Assembly (NCBI GenBank): GCA_963735035.1
Contig: CAVTJJ010000004.1
Location: forward strand, 640,001-704,000
Source: an uncultured candidate division Zixibacteria bacterium
Lineage (GTDB): Bacteria; Zixibacteria; MSB-5A5; GN15; FEB-12
Direction of reading: 5' to 3'
Length of the DNA stretch: 64,000 bases
Position 1 is the stretch's first letter. Every line of letters begins with the position of its first letter. The notes beneath the pieces are model-generated. The model was given only the letters and a program-made list of their open reading frames with translations. It was not told the origin of the DNA and ran no database searches. A program made the translations under genes and the position numbers. Shown here piece by piece: positions 38,617 through 48,181 of this stretch.

Positions 38617-39226
38617 ACTCCATAGTCGTCGCTCCCTCATCATCATGGCGGTGATGGCGGCGGTGGCGTTGGTCGGCGTGACCATGATCAAGGTTGACCC
38701 AGTGCGGGCCGACAAGGCCCTGGCCGCGCAGGCGACCCTGAACGCTTCTAATGGTGAAGCGGTGGGTGCGACCGGCCCGGCGGAAACGTCGGAGCCGATT
38801 GCGACCGCAGACCGCCCGGGAGTGGCCTCGGCGGTGATCAAGATGATCAGCGCTTTGACCGTCGTGATTGCGGCCGTCTACGGCGGATTGTATCTGTTGC
38901 GCCGCATGATGGGTCGGCGCGGCGGCGCTGCTTTGGGTGTGGACGCCTTGACCGTCCTCCAGACGACTTATGTCGGGCAACACAAAGCCATCTCACTGGT
39001 CAAAGTGGGACGGCGTTCGGTGCTGGTCGGAGTGACCGACAACCAGATTTCGACTCTGACCGAACTGGACCAGGATGAAACCGATGAAATCATGGGGCAG
39101 GCCGCGGAGCCGGTGAAGAGCGAAAGCTTCTCGAAGCTCCTGTCCGGGACCGTTGACAAATTGAAGACGTTTGGCCTGAAGAAAAAGCAGGCCGTTATAG
39201 AAACTCAAGTGCCGTCAACCGTTTGA
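38603..39226 (+). CDS. fliO: flagellar biosynthesis protein FliO/FliZ
   Basis: TM, then VLQTTYVGQHKAISLVKVG..SVLVGVTDNQISTL; between fliN and fliP; start could be ATG 38645. Confidence 0.82.
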   Translation: MRQNKLHSRRSLIIMAVMAAVALVGVTMIKVDPVRADKALAAQATLNASNGEAVGATGPAETSEPIATADRPGVASAVIKMISALTVVIAAVYGGLYLLRRMMGRRGGAALGVDALTVLQTTYVGQHKAISLVKVGRRSVLVGVTDNQISTLTELDQDETDEIMGQAAEPVKSESFSKLLSGTVDKLKTFGLKKKQAVIETQVPSTV

Positions 39227-39292
39227 TCCTTCTGGATCAAGTGTCGACGCGCAACATGGATGTTGCCGTCGTAGCCGGTGAGCATATAGGAT

Positions 39293-40045
39293 ATGAAAAA
39301 GAAGCTCAGAATCATTCTGTTCTGTGTGGTAGCGTTCGTGGTGTTGGCCGATGTGGCCGCCGCGCAGTCGCTGCCCAAGATCTCGGTTCAAGTCGGTGAG
39401 TCCGCCGATCCGACCGATCTGACGACCACGCTTAAGATCGTGGTCCTCATGACCGTCCTCGCCCTGGCGCCGTCACTGCTGATCATGGTGACGTCTTTCA
39501 CTCGCATAACCGTGGTGCTGTCGTTCCTGCGTCACGCCATGGGGGCCAGTCAGATGCCGCCCAATCAGCTCTTGCTGGGGCTGTCGCTCATCCTGACGTT
39601 CTTCATCATGGCACCGGCGGCCAATCGAGCTTATACCGAGGGCATCAAACCGTATACCGACAAACAGATTTCCGGTGAAGAGGCGTACCAAAAGACCGTT
39701 GCGCCCTTTCGAGAATTCATGCTCGCCCAGACGCGGGAGCAGGACCTGGCCCTGTTTGTAGATATTGCCAAGCTGCCCGCGCCCAGCACTCCGGCGGACG
39801 TTCCGCTTCACGTGCTTGTGCCGGCCTTTGTAATCTCGGAATTGCGGACGGCGTTTCAAATATCATTCGTGATCTTCATTCCCTTCCTCGTGATCGACAT
39901 GGTGGTGGCGTCGGTGCTGATGTCGATGGGTATGATGATGTTGCCGCCGGTCATTGTGTCGCTGCCGTTCAAGATACTGCTGTTCGTGCTCGTTGACGGC
40001 TGGTATCTGTTGGTAAAATCGCTCGTTGAATCGTTCCACGTGTAA
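39293..40045 (+). CDS. fliP: flagellar export gate protein FliP
   Basis: TSFTRI.VVLSFLR, PPNQ, PAFVISEL, MGMMMLPP, LFVLVDGW. Confidence 0.97.
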   Translation: MKKKLRIILFCVVAFVVLADVAAAQSLPKISVQVGESADPTDLTTTLKIVVLMTVLALAPSLLIMVTSFTRITVVLSFLRHAMGASQMPPNQLLLGLSLILTFFIMAPAANRAYTEGIKPYTDKQISGEEAYQKTVAPFREFMLAQTREQDLALFVDIAKLPAPSTPADVPLHVLVPAFVISELRTAFQISFVIFIPFLVIDMVVASVLMSMGMMMLPPVIVSLPFKILLFVLVDGWYLLVKSLVESFHV

Positions 40046-40059
40046 TCAGGAGAGAAGAC

Positions 40060-40329
40060 ATGACCCCGCAGATGGTAGTGGAAATAGGACGTGAGGCGTT
40101 GACGGTCACGCTGTTGGTCGCGGCGCCGATGCTGGGTTTCGGTCTGGTCGTGGGACTGGTCATCTCGATCTTTCAGGCGGTGACGCAGATCAACGAAATG
40201 ACGCTGACTTTTGTGCCCAAAATACTAGCCGTCGCGGCGGCCCTACTCATCTTCCTGCCGTGGATTATCAACACGCTAGTCGATTTCACCCGCCACATGT
40301 TTGCTCTGATCCCCACTCTAGTAGGGTAA
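40060..40329 (+). CDS. fliQ: flagellar export gate protein FliQ
   Basis: GLVISIFQAVTQINEMTLTFVPKI. Confidence 0.97.
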   Translation: MTPQMVVEIGREALTVTLLVAAPMLGFGLVVGLVISIFQAVTQINEMTLTFVPKILAVAAALLIFLPWIINTLVDFTRHMFALIPTLVG

Positions 40330-40358
40330 GCCCCCAGCCGGGCAATTGTTGGGCAGCC

Positions 40359-40394
40359 TGAACTTTTTTCCGACAATCGCGGCAATTCTTTCCG
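40359..40394. promoter_or_regulatory. putative paired upstream activator sites before fliR
   Basis: TGAACTTTTTTCCG (40359) and GGCAATTCTTTCCG (40381), 22 bp apart; resembles 30371-30406. Confidence 0.5.
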
Positions 40395-40488
40395 GATACA
40401 AATCGGATACTGGCGGAACCCCTCCATTTTGCATGTCTAACTCGTTGCTACACAGCGCCATAATATAACCAGCCAACCCGTTTCACTT

Positions 40489-40504
40489 TGGCACAAGGCT
40501 TGAT
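40489..40504 (+). promoter_or_regulatory. sigma54-like promoter before fliR (-12 variant)
   Basis: TGGCACAAGGCTTGAT: perfect -24 TGGCAC; -12 is TTGA rather than TTGC; lies in the only large gap of the export operon. Confidence 0.55.
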
Positions 40505-40551
40505 TAAAGGCCGGGTACGATAGGCCACAAGTGTAACTGGAAGGCAAGCAT

Positions 40552-41340
40552 TTGTTCGAATTTATCAATTACGGCGCCGCTCAACTTCAGGTCTTCCTGC
40601 TGTTGATTATCCGGGCCTCCGGCCTCTTTCTCGCGGCTCCGGTCTTCAGCAACCGTGTCATCCCGACGCAGCTCAAGCTCGGTCTGATCATCGTCCTCGC
40701 TATCGTGACGATGCCGACCGTGTCGGCGCTGGGGTTTGAGCCGGCGACTTCGCTGGCCGAACTGGCCGCGCTGGTGCTTCGGGAATTGATGGTCGGTTTG
40801 CTGATCGGGTTTGTCTTCCAGATGCTCTTCCTGGCCGCCGAGTTGGCCGGATCGATGGCTGGTTATCAGGTCGGTCTGTCAATTTCGTCGGCGTTCGATC
40901 CGAGCACCGGTGACGACGTCAACGCCTTCGGTCGCTTCTGGATCCTCGTCGCCACGTTGATCTTCATGTGCATCAACGGACACCATCTGATTATCCGGGC
41001 CTTCAGCGACAGCTACCTTGCGATCCCGCCGGGACAAATGCAGGTCCTCGGAACTACCGCCGAACTCATCATGCGCCAGAGCGCTTATGTCTTCGTTCTG
41101 GCCATCAAGATTTCGGCGCCGGTTCTGGTGACTTTGATTCTGGCGGACGTTGCCCTTGGCACTGTCTCCAAAGTTATGCCGACCATGAACATCTTTGTCG
41201 TCGGCATCCCGCTCAAGATCGGTCTCGGTCTTCTGGTGGTGGCGATGTCACTGCCGATCTTCTCCTACGTTCTCGAAAAGTCCACCGGGTACTTCGATAA
41301 CGCTGTCCATGAACTCCTGGCTTCAATGGGAAAGGCGTAG
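40552..41340 (+). CDS. fliR: flagellar export gate protein FliR
   Basis: R.SGLF.AAPVFS, AG...GYQVGL...FDP, NGHH, P.MNIFVVGIPLKI; TTG start. Confidence 0.95.
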   Translation: MFEFINYGAAQLQVFLLLIIRASGLFLAAPVFSNRVIPTQLKLGLIIVLAIVTMPTVSALGFEPATSLAELAALVLRELMVGLLIGFVFQMLFLAAELAGSMAGYQVGLSISSAFDPSTGDDVNAFGRFWILVATLIFMCINGHHLIIRAFSDSYLAIPPGQMQVLGTTAELIMRQSAYVFVLAIKISAPVLVTLILADVALGTVSKVMPTMNIFVVGIPLKIGLGLLVVAMSLPIFSYVLEKSTGYFDNAVHELLASMGKA

Positions 41341-41346
41341 CCGACC

Positions 41347-42417
41347 ATGGCTGACGAGAGCTTCCAGGAGAGGACACAAGATGCGACCCCAAGGCGGCGC
41401 CAGAAGGCTCGTGAGCGCGGCACGGTAGCCCGTTCGGCCGATCTGACAGCAGCGGGGATCATCTGTTTTGGCTTCACGGCTCTGTTCCTGCTCGGTCCCG
41501 GCATGATCGAACAGCTTCAGAACACGCTTCGATACACCATGGCGAACGCGCCGACGATCGCGCTGTCCGATCCGACGATGCAGACCTTCATCGTTAGCAG
41601 CGTTTACAGTTTCTTCGCCGCCATGGGCCCGATGCTCATCGCTATGCTCATCATCGGTGTCGGCATGAACGTTATGCAAATCGGCTTCCAGATCACCCCC
41701 AAGGCGATGGAACTGAAATTCGACCGTCTCAACGCGCTTGAGAATCTGAAGCGTTTGTTCTCTCTCAAGTCGGCGGTTCAGTTGGTGCGCGATCCTCTCA
41801 AGCTGACCGTGGTCGGCATCGTGGCCTACATCGCCATTCGGAGTGAATTTAACAGCTTTATCGTTTTGGCCGATCTGTCGGTTCCGCAGCTCGGCATGAC
41901 TCTGGCCCGCCTCTCCCTCTGGGTAGGGATCAAGATTGGCGTGGCCATTCTGGTCATCGGTCTGATCGACTTTCTCTATCAACGCTGGGAAATTGAAAAG
42001 TCCCTCAAGATGTCGATGCAGGAAGTTCGGGACGAGGCCAAGGAGACCGAAGGCAATCCGGAAATCAAGGCGCGCACCAGGCAGATTCAGCGGCATCAGG
42101 CGCGTCAACGCATGATGGCGGCCGTGCCGAAAGCCGACGTCGTCGTCACCAACCCGACTCATATCGCTGTCGCGCTCAAATATGATCCGTCCGAGATGGA
42201 CGCGCCGACGGTATTGGCCAAGGGTCAGCGTCTCATCGCCGAACAAATTAAGCGGCTCGCCCGTGAACACGGTATTCCGGTAATCGAAGACAAGCCTCTG
42301 GCGCGCGCTCTATACAAGATGTGCGAAGTCGGCGATCTGGTTCCGGCCAAGCTGTATCGTGCCGTAGCCGAAATTCTGGCTCACATCTATCGCCTTCAGG
42401 GAAAGGCGCTCAGGTAG
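41347..42417 (+). CDS. flhB: flagellar export protein FlhB
   Basis: ERTQDATPRR, KETEGNPEIK, VVVTNPTH autocleavage motif. Confidence 0.97.
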   Translation: MADESFQERTQDATPRRRQKARERGTVARSADLTAAGIICFGFTALFLLGPGMIEQLQNTLRYTMANAPTIALSDPTMQTFIVSSVYSFFAAMGPMLIAMLIIGVGMNVMQIGFQITPKAMELKFDRLNALENLKRLFSLKSAVQLVRDPLKLTVVGIVAYIAIRSEFNSFIVLADLSVPQLGMTLARLSLWVGIKIGVAILVIGLIDFLYQRWEIEKSLKMSMQEVRDEAKETEGNPEIKARTRQIQRHQARQRMMAAVPKADVVVTNPTHIAVALKYDPSEMDAPTVLAKGQRLIAEQIKRLAREHGIPVIEDKPLARALYKMCEVGDLVPAKLYRAVAEILAHIYRLQGKALR

Positions 42418-42423
42418 GCAAGT

Positions 42424-44502
42424 ATGGAACAAGAACGCGGTTTCATACAGATGCTGGCCAAGCGCTCTGATATAGTGCTGGCCGCCGGCGTGATCGGCAT
42501 CATTACTGTCCTGATCATTCCGCTACCACCGCGCTTGCTAGACTTTGCCCTGGCGTTCAACATCACCTTCTCGCTGGTGGTGCTGCTGACGACTCTGTAT
42601 ATCACCCGGCCGCTCGACCTGTCAGTGTTCCCCGGCATGCTGTTGATCATAACATTGTTGCGGCTGTCGCTGAACGTCGCGTCCACTCGTTTGATCCTCG
42701 GCCAGGGATACGCCGGTGAAGTCATCAACTCGTTCGGCAACTTCGTGGTTCAGGGAAACTATGTCGTCGGATTCATTGTCTTCGTAATTCTCGTAGTCAT
42801 CCAGTTCGTAGTGATTACCAAGGGTGCGGGCCGTATCTCGGAAGTGGCCGCGCGGTTCACCCTCGACGCCATGCCTGGCAAACAGATGGCCATTGATGCC
42901 GATCTGAACGCCGGTATCATAAATGACAAGGATGCCCGGACCCGTCGTGAAGACATCGCGCGCGAAGCTGATTTCTACGGCGCGATGGACGGCGCCTCCA
43001 AGTTTGTTCGCGGCGACGCCATCGCCGGCATTCTCATTACGCTAATTAACGTCATCGGCGGCTTCGTAATCGGCGTGGCCATGCACGGCATGTCGCTGCC
43101 CGATGCACTCCGCACTTACACATTGTTGTCAATAGGTGACGGCCTGGTCACGCAGATTCCGGCGCTGCTGGTTTCGACCGCGTCTGGTATCATCGTCACC
43201 CGCGCTGCGTCGCATTCGAATATGGGCGAGGACATGGCCCGCCAGTTCACGCGTCAGCCTCGCGCCATTATGGTGTCGTCCGTGGCTCTACTGATCCTGG
43301 GAATGGTGCCGGGAATGCCTACGCTCACGTTTGTAGTGCTGGGTCTGGCTGTGGGTGGGGTCGGTTACGTGATTAAGGAATCACAACGCAAACACGCCAA
43401 GGCAGCAGAGGCTTCTGACAAGGCCGGTAAAGACAAATTAGTTGCGCCGAAAGAGCGCACCGAAGACCTGCTGAAGGTTGACACCATCGGCCTGGAAATC
43501 GGCTACGGTCTCATTCCGCTGGTCGACGCCAATCAGGGTGGCGACTTACTCGACCGCATCGCCAACATCCGCAAGCAGCTGGCTTCCGAGCTGGGCATCA
43601 TCGTGCCGTCGGTTCGCATCCGCGACAACGTCCGGCTGAAGCCGAATGAATATCAAATCAAGATTCGTGGCATTAGAGTGGCCGGCGCCGAGCTGATGCT
43701 CGACCAGATGATGGCCATCAACCCCGGATACGTGGATGATGAAATAGAAGGTTTTGCCACCAAGGATCCGGCGTTCGGTCTCGACGCCCGCTGGATCATT
43801 CCGGCTCTCAAGGAAGTTGCTGAAGCGCGCAATTATACGGTTGTGGAACCGGCCGCGGTTCTGGCCACTCATCTGACCGAAGTCACCCGCACGGCCGCGC
43901 CTGAAATACTCACTCGCCAGGACGTGCAGCACCTGGTGGATACGCTCAAGGAAGACTATCCGGCGCTGGTCAACTCCGTGATTCCGGAAATTCTCACGCT
44001 GAGTACGCTGCAGAAGATTCTTCAGGCCCTGCTGGCCGAGCGCGTGCCGATCAGAAATCTGGCGACCATCGTCGAGACGGCGTCCGACTACGCCCTGGCT
44101 ACCAAAGAAGCTGATGTGCTGGCTGAGTACGTCCGGATGGCTCTCAAGCGCCAGATCACCGAATCGAACAAAGACAACAAGGGCAGAATCAACGTTTGCA
44201 CGCTCGATCCGGCACTGGAACAGCAATTGGCCGACTCGGTGCAGAACACCAAGCAGGGGCTGATGCTTGTGCTGGATCCGCACCTGACAGAGAAATTATT
44301 GGCAGGAATAGGTCGTGAAGCGGACAAGATGCAGGCGGCCGGACTGACGTCGATCTGCATCTGCTCGCCCAATGTTCGTCTGGCGTTGCGTCGACTGGTC
44401 GAGACCAGCCATCCCACGCTGACCGTCCTGTCCTACAATGAAATAATGCCCAACGTGGAAATCGTGTCCACGGGAATGGTGAGGTTGCAGGATGATAATT
44501 AG
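42424..44502 (+). CDS. flhA: flagellar export protein FlhA
   Basis: EVAARFTLDAMPGKQMAIDADLNAG, FYGAMDGASKFVRGDAIAG. Confidence 0.98.
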   Translation: MEQERGFIQMLAKRSDIVLAAGVIGIITVLIIPLPPRLLDFALAFNITFSLVVLLTTLYITRPLDLSVFPGMLLIITLLRLSLNVASTRLILGQGYAGEVINSFGNFVVQGNYVVGFIVFVILVVIQFVVITKGAGRISEVAARFTLDAMPGKQMAIDADLNAGIINDKDARTRREDIAREADFYGAMDGASKFVRGDAIAGILITLINVIGGFVIGVAMHGMSLPDALRTYTLLSIGDGLVTQIPALLVSTASGIIVTRAASHSNMGEDMARQFTRQPRAIMVSSVALLILGMVPGMPTLTFVVLGLAVGGVGYVIKESQRKHAKAAEASDKAGKDKLVAPKERTEDLLKVDTIGLEIGYGLIPLVDANQGGDLLDRIANIRKQLASELGIIVPSVRIRDNVRLKPNEYQIKIRGIRVAGAELMLDQMMAINPGYVDDEIEGFATKDPAFGLDARWIIPALKEVAEARNYTVVEPAAVLATHLTEVTRTAAPEILTRQDVQHLVDTLKEDYPALVNSVIPEILTLSTLQKILQALLAERVPIRNLATIVETASDYALATKEADVLAEYVRMALKRQITESNKDNKGRINVCTLDPALEQQLADSVQNTKQGLMLVLDPHLTEKLLAGIGREADKMQAAGLTSICICSPNVRLALRRLVETSHPTLTVLSYNEIMPNVEIVSTGMVRLQDDN

Positions 44503-45652
44503 ATCCTACACCGCTGAATCTGTGGCTACCGCCCTCAAGCAGGTCCGTCGGGAAATGGGCGGAGCTGCGGTCGTACTCAAGACACGTGTGATCGACGACG
44601 CTCTTGGATCGCGTCAGTACGAAGTTACCGCCTGTCTGGATAAGCCGACGGTCGAGCAGGCCAACGGCGTGCTGACGGCGGATGCACCGTCGCCGGTAAC
44701 CGTAGCCGAGACCCCGAAAGTGTCCCGCTTCGAAGCGCCCAATGCGACCGTGCCGACCACTCCGACTGCGCCGGCCACGCCTCAGACATCCGATCTCGAC
44801 AAGCGGCTCAGCGCTATTGAAGAACGCCTCGAATTGTTGGTGCAGGCGGCTCAGTTGGACCGGTCCGGTCTGTCTGGAGAGCTGACTCCCAGTGCGAGTG
44901 CCGCGCAAGCGATGCAGGCAGCCGATGTACCGGAATCGTTCATCTCCGAATTCTTCAATAGTCTCCGGCACGATCTGCCGTCACGGCCTATCGACGACAT
45001 TACGATCCGCCGCCGTCTGGTAGATCATCTCGGCTCGATCATAGATACCAGACTGGAACTCAAGCCGGGTGACCGGGTGCTTGTGGCCGGACCCGCCGGA
45101 GCCGGGAAGACGTCCGTCATCGGACGTATCGCCGCCCAGTTGATATTCCATCAGCACGTGCCGGTGAAACTGATCTCGCTCGACAACCACAAAGTCGGCG
45201 CCATGGAAGAAGTGGCCGGATATGCCGATCTGCTCGGGGTGGACGATTTCACGTCGGTCGAAGCGGGCGAAGCTACCCCCGCCCTGGACAAGACCAAGGT
45301 CCTCCTGATCGACACCAATGCCATGCCCCGGGACCCGAAGCATCTGGCCGAGCTCAAAGCCCGAATCAAGCCGCTCAAGCCGACTCATCGTCTGGCGGTC
45401 TTCTCGGCGTTAATGCGCACTTCCGACGTTGACACTTACGCCCGCGAGATGGCCTGGCTCGAACCGACTCATCTCGTCTTCACCATGACCGACCTGACCC
45501 GGCGTCTGGGTTCGCTGCTCTCGGCGACCGCGACGACCGGTCTGAAGATCGCCATGCTGACAAATTCTTCGAGCGCGAGCGCCTCGGTGGCTCCGCCCGA
45601 GACCGAATCCATAGCTGAAATCATTCTCGGCCAGGAGGTCGGACGTGAATAG
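44492..45652 (+). CDS. flhF: flagellar biosynthesis SRP-type GTPase FlhF (divergent)
   Basis: N-terminal IRSYTAES...ALKQVRREMG.AAVVL; P-loop GPAGAGKT; between flhA and flhG. Confidence 0.82.
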   Translation: MIIRSYTAESVATALKQVRREMGGAAVVLKTRVIDDALGSRQYEVTACLDKPTVEQANGVLTADAPSPVTVAETPKVSRFEAPNATVPTTPTAPATPQTSDLDKRLSAIEERLELLVQAAQLDRSGLSGELTPSASAAQAMQAADVPESFISEFFNSLRHDLPSRPIDDITIRRRLVDHLGSIIDTRLELKPGDRVLVAGPAGAGKTSVIGRIAAQLIFHQHVPVKLISLDNHKVGAMEEVAGYADLLGVDDFTSVEAGEATPALDKTKVLLIDTNAMPRDPKHLAELKARIKPLKPTHRLAVFSALMRTSDVDTYAREMAWLEPTHLVFTMTDLTRRLGSLLSATATTGLKIAMLTNSSSASASVAPPETESIAEIILGQEVGRE

Positions 45653-46505
45653 GTTCGACCCTTCAACCGGCTCGCGCCTGAGCGAACGTGTCGCTCGGAC
45701 GCTGATGATCTCCATACTTTCCGGCAAGGGAGGCGTGGGGAAATCGGTGCTGGCGTTCAATCTGGCGGAACGGGCGGCGGCTTTCGGCTACCGGACGCTG
45801 CTGGTAGATGCCGACTTTGCGTGCGGCAACCTGCACATCCTGACCAATCTCGATCCGAAGGACGGATTTGACAAGTTCGTCTCGGAACAGGGGACGGTCA
45901 CCGCTCTGGCTGTGACCTACAACGACAATTTAAGACTGTTGGCCCGGTCGGCCTGCGGCCCGATCGAATCGCTTACCAGTGTCTCACAAATTGCGCGCTG
46001 TGCGGCGCGTCTGCGGCAACAAACCGCCAAGTATGACCTGGTCGTGATCGATCACGGCTCCGGCATTAACGCTACCGCCACGGTGTTCGCGGGCGCATCC
46101 GACGTGAACCTGCTGGTCATGGTTCCCGAGCTGACGTCAATCTCCGACTGCTACGGTCTCTACAAGTATCTGCGCCAGGCTGATCGTTCGATCGACTGCC
46201 GCGTGATACAGAATCGGGTGGAGTCGACTCCCGAGGCGGAGTATCTCTGGACCCGTTTCGTAGCGGTAGTGGAACAATATCTGGGCGAGACCCCGCGTCG
46301 GGCGGGTGTGGTACCCGAAGACGAGGCGTTCCGCCGTTCGGTGGCGACCCAGCAGCCGATGTCGGTTGCGAGCCCCGATTCGTCTGTCCTGCAATCACTT
46401 GAAGACATCATCCGCGGCCTAACTACCTGGTCGAACGCGGCGACCGAAATAGTTCAACCCCGAACAATAAATGTTATGACGGCACCAGCCGATATAAGGG
46501 AATAG
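45645..46505 (+). CDS. flhG: MinD-like ATPase FlhG/FleN
   Basis: SGKGGVGKS deviant Walker A, LVDAD...NL, PELTSISD.Y. Confidence 0.88.
   Translation: MNRFDPSTGSRLSERVARTLMISILSGKGGVGKSVLAFNLAERAAAFGYRTLLVDADFACGNLHILTNLDPKDGFDKFVSEQGTVTALAVTYNDNLRLLARSACGPIESLTSVSQIARCAARLRQQTAKYDLVVIDHGSGINATATVFAGASDVNLLVMVPELTSISDCYGLYKYLRQADRSIDCRVIQNRVESTPEAEYLWTRFVAVVEQYLGETPRRAGVVPEDEAFRRSVATQQPMSVASPDSSVLQSLEDIIRGLTTWSNAATEIVQPRTINVMTAPADIRE
46468..46495 (+). promoter_or_regulatory. sigma28 promoter upstream of fliA, inside the flhG 3' end
   Basis: TAAA-N16-GCCGATAT matches the SigD/FliA consensus. Confidence 0.68.
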
Positions 46506-46512
46506 CGTTCAT

Positions 46513-47400
46513 ATGGTTACGACAACAAAACGAACTCCGAGAGCGACCCGGAAGAGCAAGGCCACCCCGGTGGCGGTAGTCCGCGAAGTAAGCGAACCCA
46601 AAACCGCTAAGACTGGCGTGCGTGGGCGACGCTGGGAAGTGACTATGCGCGATTGGCGGCGATACCAGAAGAATCCGTCGGCCGACATGCGCAAGAAACT
46701 GCTGGACAAGTATGTCCCGCTGGTTCGCAATGTCGCTACACGTATGGCGATGGGTTTTCCGCGCTCGGTCGAATTGACGGACCTGGTCAATACCGGTGTG
46801 ATCGGTTTGATCGAGGCGTTCGGCAATTACGATCCGCGCCGTGGCGTGAAGTTTGAAACCTACGCCGTGCCGCGTATTCGTGGGGCCATCCTCGACGAAC
46901 TTCGCGCCCTGGACTGGGTGCCGCGCTCGACCCGCGCCAAGTCACGCGAAATCGACAAGGCGCTCACCGAGCTCGAAAACGTGCTGGGTCGTTTCCCCGA
47001 CAAGACGGAACTGGCCAAGCATCTGAAGATCAGCGAAGCCGAGCTGTACCACGCGTTGGACGATGTGTCCTGCACCAATGTCCTCTCGCTGGATGAGATC
47101 GTTTATCCGGAAGACGACAACCGCCAGGTGCCCCGGATCGAAACGGTTCAGGACGCCACCAGTCTGAGCGTGCTGGGAATCATCGAGCGGGGCGAATTGC
47201 ATTCGTTCCTGGTGACGGCTATCGACAACCTGACCGATCAGGAAAAACTGGTTATCAGCCTCTACTACTTTGAGGAGTTGACCCTGAAGGAAATAGGCGA
47301 AGTGATGGTGATATCCGAGTCACGCGTTTCTCAGATCCATACCCGGGCGGTCAAGAAGCTTCGGGGCATGGTGAAGGAGAGATTCGCGATGGCCGGATAG
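46513..47400 (+). CDS. fliA: flagellar sigma factor FliA/WhiG (sigma28)
   Basis: GVKFETYAVPRIRGAILDELRALDWVPRS, LYYFEELTLKEIGEV...SESRVSQIH. Confidence 0.96.
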   Translation: MVTTTKRTPRATRKSKATPVAVVREVSEPKTAKTGVRGRRWEVTMRDWRRYQKNPSADMRKKLLDKYVPLVRNVATRMAMGFPRSVELTDLVNTGVIGLIEAFGNYDPRRGVKFETYAVPRIRGAILDELRALDWVPRSTRAKSREIDKALTELENVLGRFPDKTELAKHLKISEAELYHALDDVSCTNVLSLDEIVYPEDDNRQVPRIETVQDATSLSVLGIIERGELHSFLVTAIDNLTDQEKLVISLYYFEELTLKEIGEVMVISESRVSQIHTRAVKKLRGMVKERFAMAG

Positions 47401-47426
47401 CGTCACCTGGCCCCGGAGGTGAGCCG

Positions 47427-47738
47427 ATGCAGGGACCGGACGGTGTAGACAGAGTCCAGCAGTATCTGCCCCCGGATAAAGTGCTGCACACGCAGCATGC
47501 AGATCCGGATAAGAAGCAGAAGTTTTCGCGGGCGATGGAAGAAGAAGAAGAAGAATTAGAGAGACGCCGCAAGCAACGCCCGCACGACCAGGTAGACCTG
47601 GGAACAGACACTGCGCCCGATCAGGCGGGCCCCGAGCAAGAGCCGACCGACGGCGAAGCGGCCGCGACTCCGGCCGAGACAGCCGCGAGTGGCGAAGAGA
47701 CGACCGAAAAGATTAAACATGTCGATGTGAAAGCTTAG
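47427..47738 (+). CDS. hypothetical acidic protein
   Basis: GGAGG RBS; 103 aa charged, ends HVDVKA; co-oriented within the cluster. Confidence 0.6.
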   Translation: MQGPDGVDRVQQYLPPDKVLHTQHADPDKKQKFSRAMEEEEEELERRRKQRPHDQVDLGTDTAPDQAGPEQEPTDGEAAATPAETAASGEETTEKIKHVDVKA

Positions 47739-47757
47739 AAGAAACGGCAGGATAAAC

Positions 47758-48162
47758 ATGGATGTTTGGAACGGACAAATCATGGATGTGGGACTGACGG
47801 TTACCGGTTATCTGGCTGCCGCCGGTCTGGGAATGCTTCTGCATGCCACTTTCGCGGGTCTTCGGCGACGTGCCGTCATCGCGCCCGTGGTGTCAACTGA
47901 GTCGGCGCGTATCGCGATGGCCGAACAAGCTTCTTCATTACAGTATATCGACCTGCGTCGGCAGGGCGGCGGGAGCGTGATGGCCGCTGAGCCGTCGGCG
48001 CCGCGTTCTGCGGTTCCGCGTCCCGGACGGCGCGATCGCGTGGAGATTGTCCGTCTGGCGCGTCAGATGTTGCTAGCCGGCACCCCGGCCGAACGGGTAC
48101 GCCAGACCCTGCCCATATCCGAGGCGGAGCTGACCCTCCTGCAGAGCATTAACGCCAATTGA
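47758..48162 (+). CDS. hypothetical membrane protein with C-terminal short HTH (DUF2802-like)
   Basis: N-terminal TM; C-terminal ARQMLLAG.P.E.V...LPISEAEL.LL. Confidence 0.55.
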   Translation: MDVWNGQIMDVGLTVTGYLAAAGLGMLLHATFAGLRRRAVIAPVVSTESARIAMAEQASSLQYIDLRRQGGGSVMAAEPSAPRSAVPRPGRRDRVEIVRLARQMLLAGTPAERVRQTLPISEAELTLLQSINAN

Positions 48163-48181
48163 CTACCTGGAGAGATGTGAG

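Noticed and set aside
41323..44971. Long minus-strand ORFs opposite flhB/flhA/flhF
   Set aside because: Antisense shadows of well-supported genes with no recognisable motifs.
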